Assembly (NCBI GenBank): GCA_964601305.1
Contig: CAZRMW010000002.1
Location: 3,439-67,438 of the forward strand
Direction: 5' to 3'
From: an uncultured Candidatus Saccharibacteria bacterium
GTDB lineage: Bacteria > Patescibacteriota > Minisyncoccia > JAHISW01 > Tagabacteraceae
Length of the DNA: 64,000 bases
The notes beneath the pieces were generated by a model, which saw only the letters and a list, made by a program, of their open reading frames with translations, ran no database searches and was not told the origin of the DNA. Shown in pieces: positions 46,012 through 55,773 of this stretch. How positions within the stretch are numbered: position 1 is the first letter of the stretch; every line of letters begins with the position of its first letter. The translations under genes and the position numbers were made by a program.

Positions 46012-46869
46012 ATGATAGATTTTTTGAAGAAAAATTTTGCTTACATTTTTGTTGGTGCGCTATTTTTAGGAGCTGTTTTTGTTTGGTTCATAGTTTTTAC
46101 AGAAGACAGAAGTGGGATAGAAGTAAGTTTTTTAGATGTTGGTCAGGGCGATGCAGTTTTTGTACAAGCTGAAAATGGCAACCAAGCTTTGATAGACGGC
46201 GGGCCAAACAAAGCTATCTTACAACAACTTGCGAGAGTGATACCATTTTATGATAGATCGATAGATATACTCATACTATCTCATGCACACAGCGACCATA
46301 TTGAAGGGCTTATCGAGGTGCTTAAAAGATATAAAGTTGGCATGGTGGTGGAGCCATGCTTGGATTACAAATCTGCAGAATATAGAGAATTTTTAAATAT
46401 TATAGAAAGTAAAAAAATTTTAAGGGTTTGTGGAAGTGGAGGGCAAAAAATAAATCTTAGTGAGGGTGTTTATTTTGATGTATTGCTTCCAGTAGGAAAT
46501 GTAGAAGGAAGAAAAGTTCATGATGCTATGTTTGTAGCAAAACTAAATTATAGAAAAACTTCTTTTTTGTTTACAGGGGATATGGAGAAAAACCAAGAAA
46601 AATATTTAGTGAGTGTTTCAGATAAAGATTTAAAAAGCAATGTGCTAAAGGTGGGGCATCACGGATCAGATACATCTAGCTCTGAAATATTTCTAGGCTT
46701 CGCTAGTCCAGAGTATGCAATAATTTCTTCTGAAGAAGGAAATAAATTTGGCCATCCACATAAAGAGACTCTAGAAAAATTAGAAAATTTTGAAATAAAT
46801 ACTTTAAGAACAGATAAGCTGGGAACAATAAAAATCTGGAGTGACGGAGAACAAGTTTTTATAAAATAG
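46012..46869 (+). CDS. ComEC C-terminal metallo-beta-lactamase domain protein (separate gene)
   Basis: N-terminal TM, then LDVGQGDAVFV…ILSHAHSDHIEGL (MBL HxHxDH) as in the ComEC C-terminal domain. Confidence 0.75.
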   Translation: MIDFLKKNFAYIFVGALFLGAVFVWFIVFTEDRSGIEVSFLDVGQGDAVFVQAENGNQALIDGGPNKAILQQLARVIPFYDRSIDILILSHAHSDHIEGLIEVLKRYKVGMVVEPCLDYKSAEYREFLNIIESKKILRVCGSGGQKINLSEGVYFDVLLPVGNVEGRKVHDAMFVAKLNYRKTSFLFTGDMEKNQEKYLVSVSDKDLKSNVLKVGHHGSDTSSSEIFLGFASPEYAIISSEEGNKFGHPHKETLEKLENFEINTLRTDKLGTIKIWSDGEQVFIK

Positions 46870-46923
46870 TATAAAAAACAAAAAGCGACGGGGAGCCCGT
46901 CGCTTTGAATTATTGATAATTAA

Positions 46924-47493
46924 TCAATAGTTTTTTGTTTTTTCTTGTAAAGCTCTTAAAACTTTTATAAAATTTTTACCTTCTATTTCTTCAGGAAACT
47001 GTTTGCTGTTTACAAAAACAATTTTTCTTCTCATGCCAAGTTTTTCTATAAGCATAAAAACCGCACCGTTATCGAAATTTATTCCTCTGCTGTCTGGTAC
47101 ATACCAGATGTGGATTTCATCAGCATCAAGCATCGCATAGAAATTTGTGTTTAAAATGGTGGTGCCAATAGGGTCTGTTTTTTGATGTGGATTATCTCTA
47201 AGTGGCCAGAAAACTTCATTTCCTTCTTTTTCAAGTTTTTTCACATAAGCACGGACTTTATCTATTTCATCTTGGCTTATAATATTATTGCTCCGTACTG
47301 GGCTAATAAAAAATACTCTTGTTTTTCTGGAAGCTCTTTCTTTTTCTTGTTTTTCTTTTGCCATTTTGATCATGGAATTTCTTAGTGGCTTCAGTTTTTC
47401 ATGAGTTTGTTGTTCAGCAGATTTTAACCAATCTGGCCTTGTGTCTTCTTTACCGTCATCTATCAAAAAAACTTGCCATATTTTCTTTCCCAT
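46924..47493 (-). CDS. hypothetical protein (possibly nucleoside 2-deoxyribosyltransferase-like fold)
   Basis: 189 aa; weak pattern similarity only. Confidence 0.3.
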   Translation of the reverse strand: MGKKIWQVFLIDDGKEDTRPDWLKSAEQQTHEKLKPLRNSMIKMAKEKQEKERASRKTRVFFISPVRSNNIISQDEIDKVRAYVKKLEKEGNEVFWPLRDNPHQKTDPIGTTILNTNFYAMLDADEIHIWYVPDSRGINFDNGAVFMLIEKLGMRRKIVFVNSKQFPEEIEGKNFIKVLRALQEKTKNY

Positions 47494-47684
47494 TTTTCAC
47501 CTCTCAACGTGCGTTTTTGTTTAAAATAAATATAGCAGAAAAATTTTTGGTTTGCTAGTTCTTTGGTTTTACTTAAAACTATCCAATTTCTGCGGTCGCA
47601 GTGTTTCGGATAATTTTGTTGTTTGTTGATAGTTCTTTAAAATTTGATTAGAATGATTTTATTGATATTTAACTAAAAATAAAA

Positions 47685-48305
47685 ATGGGAAAGAAAAATT
47701 TACCCGACAAGGCGGGAGAAAGGTCTCTTGTATTAATAAAACCTGATGGAGTTCAAAGAACTTTGATGGGAGAGATTATAAAAAGATATGAACGGACAGG
47801 ACTTAAATTAGTGGCGATGAAATTTATAGTGCCTACAGAAGAAATAGCAGAAAAACATTATTTAATAGATGATGGTTGGCTTGAAGCTGTTGGCACTAAA
47901 ACAAAAAAGGTCTATGAAGGAAAAGGAGAAAAACCTCCTTTTGAAAATCCTAAAGAAATTGGGAGGTGGGTTTTAGATAAAAATAAAAAGTTTTTAGCTT
48001 CCGGGCCTGTGGTAGCGATGATTTGGCAGGGGAATGAATCAGTAGCTATTATTAGAAAAATAACTGGTGGAACAGAACCAAGAACATCTGATGTGGGAAC
48101 AATAAGAGGAGACTTCACAATAGATTCGTACGCGATCGCAGATGGAGATAGTCGGGCTGTTAGAAATTTAGTGCATGCCTCAGGAACACCTGAAGAAGCG
48201 GAAAAAGAAATAAAAATTTGGTTTAGTGAAAATGAGATTATAAACTATCGTTTAGTTTCTGAACAAATTCTTTACGATGTAAATTTGGATGGAATTTTGG
48301 AATAG
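47685..48305 (+). CDS. ndk: nucleoside diphosphate kinase (long form with insertion)
   Basis: ERSLVLIKPDGVQR…, active-site region NLVHASGTPEEAEKEIKIWF; about 60 aa longer than typical NDKs. Confidence 0.8.
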   Translation: MGKKNLPDKAGERSLVLIKPDGVQRTLMGEIIKRYERTGLKLVAMKFIVPTEEIAEKHYLIDDGWLEAVGTKTKKVYEGKGEKPPFENPKEIGRWVLDKNKKFLASGPVVAMIWQGNESVAIIRKITGGTEPRTSDVGTIRGDFTIDSYAIADGDSRAVRNLVHASGTPEEAEKEIKIWFSENEIINYRLVSEQILYDVNLDGILE

Positions 48306-48330
48306 CTTCAAAATCGGATATTAGTTATTT

Positions 48331-48385
48331 CCTATTCTTCCTAAAATCCACGATCGTGAAAAATGGGTAGGATAGGTTTTTGGTT
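48331..48385 (+). terminator. terminator of ndk, member of a repeated terminator family (…CTAAAAYYACGATCGTGARAAAT…)
   Basis: Related copy at 62700-62756; hairpin plus T-run. Confidence 0.5.
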
Positions 48386-48608
48386 TATTTTTGTTAGTGG
48401 TATAATCAAAGTAGTTATTTGAAGATTTGTTTTTAGGTTAAATTGTTTTTCTAGGGAGTCTTATATTGGGCAGTGTCGACGGATTTGTTCTGGATATTGC
48501 TTCTGCGGGCACCCACCTGAAAAGTAGCTAAAAACACTCTTTTAAATAACTTGCCCCGCCAGGCGGGGTGAACCTCGCTCCTTGTTTTCAAGGGGCGTTG
48601 GTTTTTTT

Positions 48609-48673
48609 ACCCCCACACTTAATTTAGTAATTTTTTTGGCGCTTTGTGTCTTTGCTAAATTAAGTGTGGGGGT
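48609..48673. promoter_or_regulatory. perfect 19-bp inverted repeat ACCCCCACACTTAATTTAG…CTAAATTAAGTGTGGGGGT
   Basis: Arms at 48609-48627 and 48655-48673 with a 27-nt spacer, ending 15 nt before the RNase gene ATG. Confidence 0.6.
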
Positions 48674-48688
48674 GCTATACTAATCACA

Positions 48689-50056
48689 ATGACAAACAAG
48701 GCTAAACTTACATTTTATGGTGGAGCTCAAGAGGTAACGGGTGCAAATCATCTTCTGGAGACAGAAGGCAAAAAAATTCTTATAGATTGTGGGCTTTTTC
48801 AAGGTACGCCAAAAAATGAGGAAAAAAATTATGAAAAATTTGCTTATGACCCTAAAAGTATCGATATACTTTTAATTACTCATGGGCACTTAGATCATAT
48901 TGGTAGAATACCAAAATTAGTAAAAGAAGGTTTTTCTGGAAAGATATATTCGACTCCAATTACAAGAGATACTTCAAGACTTTCTTTGGAAGATAGTGTA
49001 AAGCTACTCACAAAAGAAGCTACAAGAGAAGACAAACAATCAATTTACAAAACAGAAGATGTAGAAAAATCTTTTTCTCTCTGGGAAACTTTTGAGTACG
49101 ACAAAGAGATTGTTTTTAACAATTTAAAAATTATTCCTAGAGATGCTGGGCACATACTCGGTTCTACAATGTATGAGATAATTTCTACAAGTGGCAAAAA
49201 AATTGTTTTTACAGGAGATCTTGGCAATCCACCCGTGCCGCTTTTAAGAAAGACATATAAAATAACAGAAGCAGATTATTTAGTAACAGAAAGTACTTAT
49301 GGAGACAAAGAGCATGAGGGAGCAAAAGAGAGAAAAATAAAAATAGAGCGAGCTATAGAAGATGTGGTAAAAAGCAAAGGTACTCTTATGATCCCAGCTT
49401 TTTCAATTGAGCGTACACAACAGCTTCTCTTCGAAATAAACGAGCTTGTAGAAAATGGACGGATACCACAGCTTCCGATTTTTTTGGACAGTCCACTGGC
49501 AATAAAAATCACTGAAGTCTATAAAAAATACGAAAGTTATTTTAATAAAAAAACTAAAGACATAATAAAATCTGGAGATGATATATTCAATTTTCCTGGT
49601 TTGCAACTTACCCGGACTGCTGAAGAATCTAAAAACATAAACAATGTTTCCGCGCCGAAAGTAATAATTGCTGGTTCAGGTATGTCTACCGGTGGAAGAA
49701 TTGTACATCACGAAAAGAAATATTTGCCAGACTCAAACAGTATCTTGCTTTTGGTGGGGTATCAGGCTGCGGGTTCTTTGGGGAGAAAATTGGAGGACGG
49801 TGCTAAATGGGTAAAAATTTTCAGAGAAGATGTGCCTGTAAAAGCAAAAATAGAATCTATAAAAGGATATTCTGCACATCCAGATATAAATAAACTTTTT
49901 GATTTTGTGGAAACAGCATCAAAAAATTTAAAAAAAGTTTTTGTAGTGCAGGGCGAGACAAAGGCTTCTTTGTTTTTTACACAAAGGATTAGGGATTATC
50001 TTGGTATAGATGCGGTTGCGCCAAAAATTGGAGATTCATTCGAGCTTGAGCTATAA
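48689..50056 (+). CDS. MBL-fold beta-CASP family ribonuclease (RNase J-like)
   Basis: LIDCGLFQG…ITHGHLDHIG (MBL motifs) plus beta-CASP and C-terminal RNA-metabolising MBL region. Confidence 0.65.
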   Translation: MTNKAKLTFYGGAQEVTGANHLLETEGKKILIDCGLFQGTPKNEEKNYEKFAYDPKSIDILLITHGHLDHIGRIPKLVKEGFSGKIYSTPITRDTSRLSLEDSVKLLTKEATREDKQSIYKTEDVEKSFSLWETFEYDKEIVFNNLKIIPRDAGHILGSTMYEIISTSGKKIVFTGDLGNPPVPLLRKTYKITEADYLVTESTYGDKEHEGAKERKIKIERAIEDVVKSKGTLMIPAFSIERTQQLLFEINELVENGRIPQLPIFLDSPLAIKITEVYKKYESYFNKKTKDIIKSGDDIFNFPGLQLTRTAEESKNINNVSAPKVIIAGSGMSTGGRIVHHEKKYLPDSNSILLLVGYQAAGSLGRKLEDGAKWVKIFREDVPVKAKIESIKGYSAHPDINKLFDFVETASKNLKKVFVVQGETKASLFFTQRIRDYLGIDAVAPKIGDSFELEL

Positions 50057-50064
50057 TATAAAAC

Positions 50065-50661
50065 ATGAACAAAATAAAGAAAATAAAACCATCGGAGCAT
50101 TCTCATATGAAGTTTAAGGTCTGTATTTCTGGTGCAGCAGAAACAGGGCATTGTAAAGATCCGAACACTTTAGAACTTGCAAAGGAGTTGGGTAAAGAAA
50201 TAGTAAGGCAAAATGGCGTGCTGGTAACAGGTGCAACAACAGGGTTTCCTTTTTGGGCAGCAATTGGAGCCAAAGAAGAGGGAGGGATTTCAATAGGTGT
50301 TTCCCCTGCATTTTCTGAAAAGGAGCATATAGAAAAATACAAGTTGCCTGTAGATTATTTCGATATGATTATGTATACCGGGCACGGGTATTCTGGCAGG
50401 AATCTCCTGCTTACAAGGATCTCAGACGCTGTGATTGTAGGATGCGGAAGAATAGGAACTGTAAACGAGTTTACGATTGCTTTTGAGGATGATAAGCCAA
50501 CAGGAGTACTAAAAGGAGAATGGGCGACAGATGAAGTGATAGAACATATTATAAAAGAGGGGCACAGGCCAAATGAAAAAGTTGTTTATGATACTAATCC
50601 AAAAACTCTCGTTAAAAAAGTTATAGAGCTTGTTCGAGAAGAAAAGGTAATAGAAATATAG
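50065..50661 (+). CDS. LOG/TIGR00725-like (SLOG) Rossmann-fold protein
   Basis: VCISGAAETG…VLVTGATTGFPFWAAIGA…AVIVGCGRIGTVNEF. Confidence 0.5.
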   Translation: MNKIKKIKPSEHSHMKFKVCISGAAETGHCKDPNTLELAKELGKEIVRQNGVLVTGATTGFPFWAAIGAKEEGGISIGVSPAFSEKEHIEKYKLPVDYFDMIMYTGHGYSGRNLLLTRISDAVIVGCGRIGTVNEFTIAFEDDKPTGVLKGEWATDEVIEHIIKEGHRPNEKVVYDTNPKTLVKKVIELVREEKVIEI

Positions 50662-50665
50662 AAAA

Positions 50666-51802
50666 ATGTATAAGTTTTTTGAGGGTATGGGTATCGTTGT
50701 TGGTCTAATGTTTGGTGCAGGTGTTTTTGCTTTACCTTTTGCAATAGCGCAGTCTGGTATTTTGTGGGGAATTGTTCATTTAATAATCGCTCTGACACTT
50801 ACTCTGTTTTTACTTTTTCTGTATTCTGGTGTTTGTTATTTCACAGAAGGAAAACATCGGTTTACTGGGTACACAGGGTTAATTTTAGGCAAGAGAGCTA
50901 AGTTTTTTTCTTTTTTAGTTACCATGGCGGCATACTATGGTTCGCTTCTTATATATATAGTGCTTGGTGGATTATTTCTTTCTAATTTTTTTACTAGTTT
51001 CTCTTCCTTTTATTTTACCTTGATCTTCTTTGGTGCTGGTGCGTTTTTTCTTCTTCTAAATTTAGAAAAAATTGCTTGGATAAACCTATACCTTACAATT
51101 CCTTTGTTGGGTTTTGTACTCTATCTTTTGTTTTCAGCATTGCCTTTTATTGAGCTTAATAATTTTCCATTAACTCTAAATGGCTTTACCACTAAGGGAT
51201 TATGGTTTTTACCCTATGGTGTGTGGCTTTTTTCTTTAGGAGCATTTGCTGCTATACCAGAACTTAAAGATATATATGCGAAGGATTCTATAAAAAAATT
51301 TAAAAAAGTTATTTTGGTAGGTGTTGTATTATCGGCATTCTTTTATTTGATGTTTGTTTTCTCGATAGTTGGTGTGAGTGGAATAAATACTACAAAAGAT
51401 GCTTTTTCTGGAGTTTTGCCAGCGTTGGGTCCGCAAGTTATAGCAATAGGGTCTTTGATGGGGTTTTTGGCCGTATTTACTTCTTTTTTAGCTTTAGGTG
51501 TGGATATGAGGGGGATATTTAGATATGATTTTGGTTTTTCTAAGTATTTAGCCTGGTTTTTGGTGGTTTTTCCTCCTGTTTTTCTGTTTTTATTAGGTTT
51601 TCAGGATTTTACCTTAATTTTGGGCTTGGTTGGAACTGTCGGGATGGGTTTTACTGGGATATTTGTGATTTTAATGGCTAAAAAATTGAGAGAAAGGGGG
51701 GTAATCACAGATGGGATAAAACTTAGTAAGACCAAGGAGTTTTTGGCTTCTTTGGCTCTTTTGTCGGCTGTTTTTTACGAAATATACAGTCTTTTATTTT
51801 AG
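50666..51802 (+). CDS. amino-acid permease-like transporter (aromatic amino acid/HAAAP-like)
   Basis: 10-11 TM helices; N-terminal GLMFGAGVFALPFAIAQSG typical of Trp/Tyr permease family. Confidence 0.5.
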   Translation: MYKFFEGMGIVVGLMFGAGVFALPFAIAQSGILWGIVHLIIALTLTLFLLFLYSGVCYFTEGKHRFTGYTGLILGKRAKFFSFLVTMAAYYGSLLIYIVLGGLFLSNFFTSFSSFYFTLIFFGAGAFFLLLNLEKIAWINLYLTIPLLGFVLYLLFSALPFIELNNFPLTLNGFTTKGLWFLPYGVWLFSLGAFAAIPELKDIYAKDSIKKFKKVILVGVVLSAFFYLMFVFSIVGVSGINTTKDAFSGVLPALGPQVIAIGSLMGFLAVFTSFLALGVDMRGIFRYDFGFSKYLAWFLVVFPPVFLFLLGFQDFTLILGLVGTVGMGFTGIFVILMAKKLRERGVITDGIKLSKTKEFLASLALLSAVFYEIYSLLF

Positions 51803-51928
51803 TTTGTTTGCTAATACTTGGTTTTTTTGTTTATTTTTTGTTATAATTCTAAGGAAGAAAGCGCAGAGAGTCGATTTTAGTTTCCGCCTGAGGCGGACAA
51901 GTTTATATAATTAATTTATTTTTTTAAT

Positions 51929-52300
51929 ATGTCTTTTATGGATAAAATTAAAGGTGTTTTTAGTGGAGCTAAAAATGAAGATACTTCTATGGGTGCAGGT
52001 GATGCAGGCATGCCACCAGTTGAACCTGCTTCACCAATGGGCGAGCCTACAACATCGGATGTTCCGGAAGTTCCAGTTTCAGAGCCAATGGCTACCCCAA
52101 CTCCAGCAGAGCCTGCTTCGCCAATGGGCGAGCCAGTAGCTGCTCCAGAGCCGGAGCCTATGGCTAGCCCAACTCCAGCTGAGCCTGAAGCTCCAGCTGT
52201 AACTCCCGAGACACCCCAGCCACAACCTTCGGATGTAGGCGGGCAGGCAGTTGAGGGTGGAGAAGAAAAGCCAGTAGAAGGTGGTGGAATGGCTTTGTAA
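51929..52300 (+). CDS. Pro/Ala/Glu-rich repetitive protein
   Basis: PAEPASPMGEP repeated; GC-rich; followed by terminator 52321-52362. Confidence 0.4.
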   Translation: MSFMDKIKGVFSGAKNEDTSMGAGDAGMPPVEPASPMGEPTTSDVPEVPVSEPMATPTPAEPASPMGEPVAAPEPEPMASPTPAEPEAPAVTPETPQPQPSDVGGQAVEGGEEKPVEGGGMAL

Positions 52301-52368
52301 AGTTTTTTTCTTTATACTTAAAAAACCCGGCGAGCTAGCTAGCTCGACGGGTTTTTGTTTTCATAGAT

Positions 52369-52860
52369 CTATGGCCAAAGAATGTGGCCGGTAATTTTGT
52401 CTTCAATTTTTTCGATAGAAGAGTATCCAAAAGTAAAAACTGTTTCAGAGGATAAATCGGTAATTTCAATTTGGCGTTTTTTAAATATGATAGAAGCTTT
52501 TTTTATAAATATCGTTTTGGGATTGGGGTCGTTTGCAATAACAATGCTTTCCACTTCCTTTATTCTCGGATATATAATAGCACCTTTTGTTAAGTGAATA
52601 ACTGCCTGCCCAACAAACTCTTTAAGATCGGACTTTATATTAACTTGTCCACCATATCTGCTAGCGTAAATATAAAACACTCCATCTTTTTTGTTTACTA
52701 CCGATTTGCAGAGCTGTACGGCTTGTTCAAAAGTGCTAACATCATCCCCACCAATTTGGTAATATTCTTGCTTAAATAATAAAATGGCTCTAAGTCGCCC
52801 GCTTTTTTCTGGTCTTAAATTTTTCTTAGAAATTTTTTTGAGCCTTACAAAGTCGCCCAT
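52369..52860 (-). CDS. hypothetical protein
   Basis: 163 aa, no recognisable motifs. Confidence 0.4.
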   Translation of the reverse strand: MGDFVRLKKISKKNLRPEKSGRLRAILLFKQEYYQIGGDDVSTFEQAVQLCKSVVNKKDGVFYIYASRYGGQVNIKSDLKEFVGQAVIHLTKGAIIYPRIKEVESIVIANDPNPKTIFIKKASIIFKKRQIEITDLSSETVFTFGYSSIEKIEDKITGHILWP

Positions 52861-53154
52861 TTCAAGCCTCCTTTTAGTAAATGATTATAGTTTTCAAATC
52901 TTTTTATCTGACAAAAAGATAGCATAGGAGTTTTTTGGTGTCAATTACCCTAAAACGGGGGGGGTTTTCACCAAATAGGATTAAAAATGCCTGCCTGCCG
53001 GTAGGCAGGGCTTAATAGAGCTATGTAATTTGCATAAATTCATAAAATTAAAACGGCTCTGTTGAGCTATTAATGTAGGTTTAATCAAAGTTGCGGTGAT
53101 ATCTTAGTGCTTTTGACCCCTTTTACTAAATTTGAGTAGTGATACACTAAAGAT

Positions 53155-53607
53155 ATGCCTACTTTATTAAACAACAAAAGAGCAGATTTTGATTATGAAG
53201 TATTAGAAAAGTTTGATGCAGGAATCAAGCTTCTTGGTTTTGAAGTAAAATCTTTAAAAATGAAGAGAGGAAACCTTACTGGCTCTCATATAATCATCAG
53301 GGGAGAAGAAGCATATATGGTAGGTATGGAAATACCGCCATACCAGCCAAAAAATACTCCTACAGACTATGATTCAGCGCAGACTAGAAAACTTTTACTC
53401 ACAAAAAAAGAAATAAAATATTTAGATGGTAAAGACAGCCAAAAAGGATTAACCTTGATACCATTGACTATTTATACAAAAAATGGTTTAATAAAAGTAT
53501 CTTTTGCAGTAGCAAAAGGGCAAAAAAGATACGACAAAAGAGAAAAAATAAAAGAACGTGAATCAAAAAGAGATATAGAACGTAAATTGAAATCACAGAA
53601 TATATAA
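53155..53607 (+). CDS. smpB: SsrA-binding protein
   Basis: FDYEVLEKFDAGIKLLGFEVKSL…TRKLLLTKKEI…VAKGQKRYDKRE matches SmpB; immediately precedes the tmRNA. Confidence 0.85.
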   Translation: MPTLLNNKRADFDYEVLEKFDAGIKLLGFEVKSLKMKRGNLTGSHIIIRGEEAYMVGMEIPPYQPKNTPTDYDSAQTRKLLLTKKEIKYLDGKDSQKGLTLIPLTIYTKNGLIKVSFAVAKGQKRYDKREKIKERESKRDIERKLKSQNI

Positions 53608-53954
53608 GGGAGTGATCGGCTTTGATAAGAAGCTTCTTTTAAAACAGTGCATATCGAGTATTCTAAAATCTCGTTAAACTTTTAGAGCTTCAAATAAATG
53701 CAAATTTATTTAAAACTCCAGCTTTAGCTTACGCTTAAAGCTCGTTCCCTTACTCATTCTCAATAAGTAAGGAAGAACGTCATCATTGAGATAGATAATT
53801 TTTATTGGGCTTTGAAAAATTATTGAAACAAAACAAAGCCAAAGCTAAGAACTTTTTGCTCGGTTTTTATTTCTTAGTCTAAACAAACCAAGCTAAATAT
53901 GTAGATACTTTTTAAAAATCTTTTTACACGGCGGTTCGATTCCGCCCACTTCCA
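53608..53954 (+). ncRNA. ssrA: tmRNA (transfer-messenger RNA)
   Basis: 5' GGGAGTG pairs with 3' CACTTCC including G3:U70; T arm GGCGG-TTCGATT-CCGCC. PK1 region CAGTGCATATCGAG resembles E. coli GGUGCAUGCCGAG. Tag ORF gca aat tta ttt aaa act cca gct tta gct tac gct taa encodes ANLFKTPALAYA (53700-53738); the GCTTTAGC core is conserved. CCA is not encoded. Confidence 0.85.
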
Positions 53955-54377
53955 CAAAATATTAATTCCCGAAGCGTTAGCTTTGGGGATTTTGATTTTG
54001 TAGGTTGGTGGCGGAATTGAACAGGCGGAGGCGGGCACCGTCGCCGACTAGCGAAGCTAGTGGCGCGCGGTCGCCGAGCCCGGGGAGGAAGTTCTTAGTG
54101 AAGACAAGTGCAAAGCACGAAGTCTGAGCTTAGAAACTTGACCCTCGATTCCGCCCACTTCCACAAAATATTAATTCCCGAAGCGTTAGCTTTGGGGATT
54201 TTGATTTTGTAGGTTGGTGGCGGAATTGAACAGGCGGAGGCGGGCACCGTCGCCGACTAGCGAAGCTAGTGGCGCGCGGTCGCCGAGCCCGGGGAGGAAG
54301 TTCTTAGTGAAGACAAGTGCAAAGCACGAAGTCTGAGCTTAGAAACTTGACCCTCGATTCCGCCCACTTCCACAACT
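53937..54377 (+). repeat. 209-bp tandem repeat (2.1 copies) beginning inside the last 18 nt of ssrA
   Basis: CGATTCCGCCCACTTCCACAA recurs at 53937, 54146 and 54355 with identical 188-bp GC-rich spacers. Confidence 0.9.
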
Positions 54378-54526
54378 TGAGAATAAGGAGCTTGCTTTTT
54401 TTATAGAAAAAATCTACTCTTTGATAAAGCACATTAACATTCGTGCGTGTCAAATATCCGTGCAACAATGGTACGCCAGCTTGCACATTTTTAACCCCCT
54501 AACCTCTTTAAAAAGGAGAATAAATT

Positions 54527-55465
54527 ATGGGTACGCCAAAAGAATTATTTCCACCGACAATTGCAAGAAAAATTGAATTACTCGAGTTTGGCAGAAAAAC
54601 AGGGAAAAGGTTAGATGTGAATGACTTTGCAGATGTTCTTGAAGAAACAGCGAAAACTATTCTTCCGCTTGTACCGTGGTTGGATAAACAGGTTTTCAAC
54701 AAGACCTTTGTTAAAAGGCACGATGTACCAGAAAAATACAGAAGAAAAAGGGGCTTGTTTTTATTTAGAGAAAGAGGTGTTGTAAGTGTTTATCTTCAAC
54801 GTTCAGGGAAATGGTTTTTGTGTTTCAATGACACTTTTCTATCAATATTTAATAATCCGTGTTCTATTTTTTGTGAAATCAACTCAGAGTTGTTCGCTAT
54901 GGTTTTTTGGGAACACTCAAAATATTTTTTAAGCAAAGGTGGAAGATTGGTTGAAAAAGAAGCTCCTTTTATGAAAGATATCTTTCTTTATCACGACATA
55001 GTCCTTAATTTTGTTTCTCAATGTTTTGAATCGATAAGAAAACTGATCGAAGAAAAAGAAAAGAGAATCAATACAATGAAAGATTGGATGAATTTGGGCA
55101 TTGATTTTTCTGAATCTCTTGACCCGCTGACTTCCACAGATAAAGAGATAGAAGTTGAGAGATTTTGCATGTGGAAAGACGAGATAAAAGGCCCAAGAAG
55201 AAGCCGGCTAACTGGTTCTTATTTTTGTCCGAAAGCCCTAGATTTGTTTTGGGAAAGTGTTAAAGATAGAAAACACATAGGAGATGGTTGGGATGTTGAA
55301 CAGACCGACATAGACACTTTTTCTCCAGAATCCTTGCAGAGATTTTTAGAAAAGATTTATTGGAATTTTGAAGAAGCAGAAAAGGAAAATGTGCTTGGCA
55401 GGGGGCCAATAACGGATTCTGAAATAGAAGTTTTGAAAAAAGTTGTTGAATCCTTGAAAAAATAG
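54527..55465 (+). CDS. hypothetical protein (cargo of the tmRNA-adjacent segment)
   Basis: 312 aa; SD AAAAAGGAG; no recognisable motifs; GC content is somewhat above the local average. Confidence 0.5.
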   Translation: MGTPKELFPPTIARKIELLEFGRKTGKRLDVNDFADVLEETAKTILPLVPWLDKQVFNKTFVKRHDVPEKYRRKRGLFLFRERGVVSVYLQRSGKWFLCFNDTFLSIFNNPCSIFCEINSELFAMVFWEHSKYFLSKGGRLVEKEAPFMKDIFLYHDIVLNFVSQCFESIRKLIEEKEKRINTMKDWMNLGIDFSESLDPLTSTDKEIEVERFCMWKDEIKGPRRSRLTGSYFCPKALDLFWESVKDRKHIGDGWDVEQTDIDTFSPESLQRFLEKIYWNFEEAEKENVLGRGPITDSEIEVLKKVVESLKK

Positions 55466-55475
55466 GATTTTTTAT

Positions 55476-55513
55476 AAAAAAGCGAAGCTCTGCGGAGTCT
55501 CGCTTTTTATATT
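55476..55513 (+). terminator. terminator AAAAAGCGAAGCTCTGCGGAGTCTCGCTTTTT, copy 1
   Basis: Near-identical copy at 56050-56088. Confidence 0.6.
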
Positions 55514-55773
55514 TGCATTAAAATTTGCATCGAATTTAAATATTTTCAAAACCTACTCTAACTAGTGCTATCACCTCAGTTAGAGTAGGTTTTAAACTGT
55601 CTCGCTAATTCAGCTATAGCAGTTTTAAGTAGATAGTATTAAGAGCATAGTATTAAGAGCATGGAATTTCAAATATTAATTGGTTTACGATTGCAAAAAA
55701 TTGACAAATAATAAAATTAGTGATATGTTGCTACCAACAGAAAATTAAAAATAAAATAAGGAGGACAGCTCGA

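Noticed and set aside
53937-54377. Possible CRISPR array, or extra tRNA/tmRNA copies, in the tandem repeat
   Set aside because: Units are 209 bp with identical 188-bp spacers, not 25-40-bp repeats with unique spacers. The repeated segment is only the last 21 nt of the tmRNA (part of the T arm plus the acceptor 3' strand), so no complete additional tRNA-like structure exists. The GGCGGAATTGAAC segment does not form a T arm on either strand.
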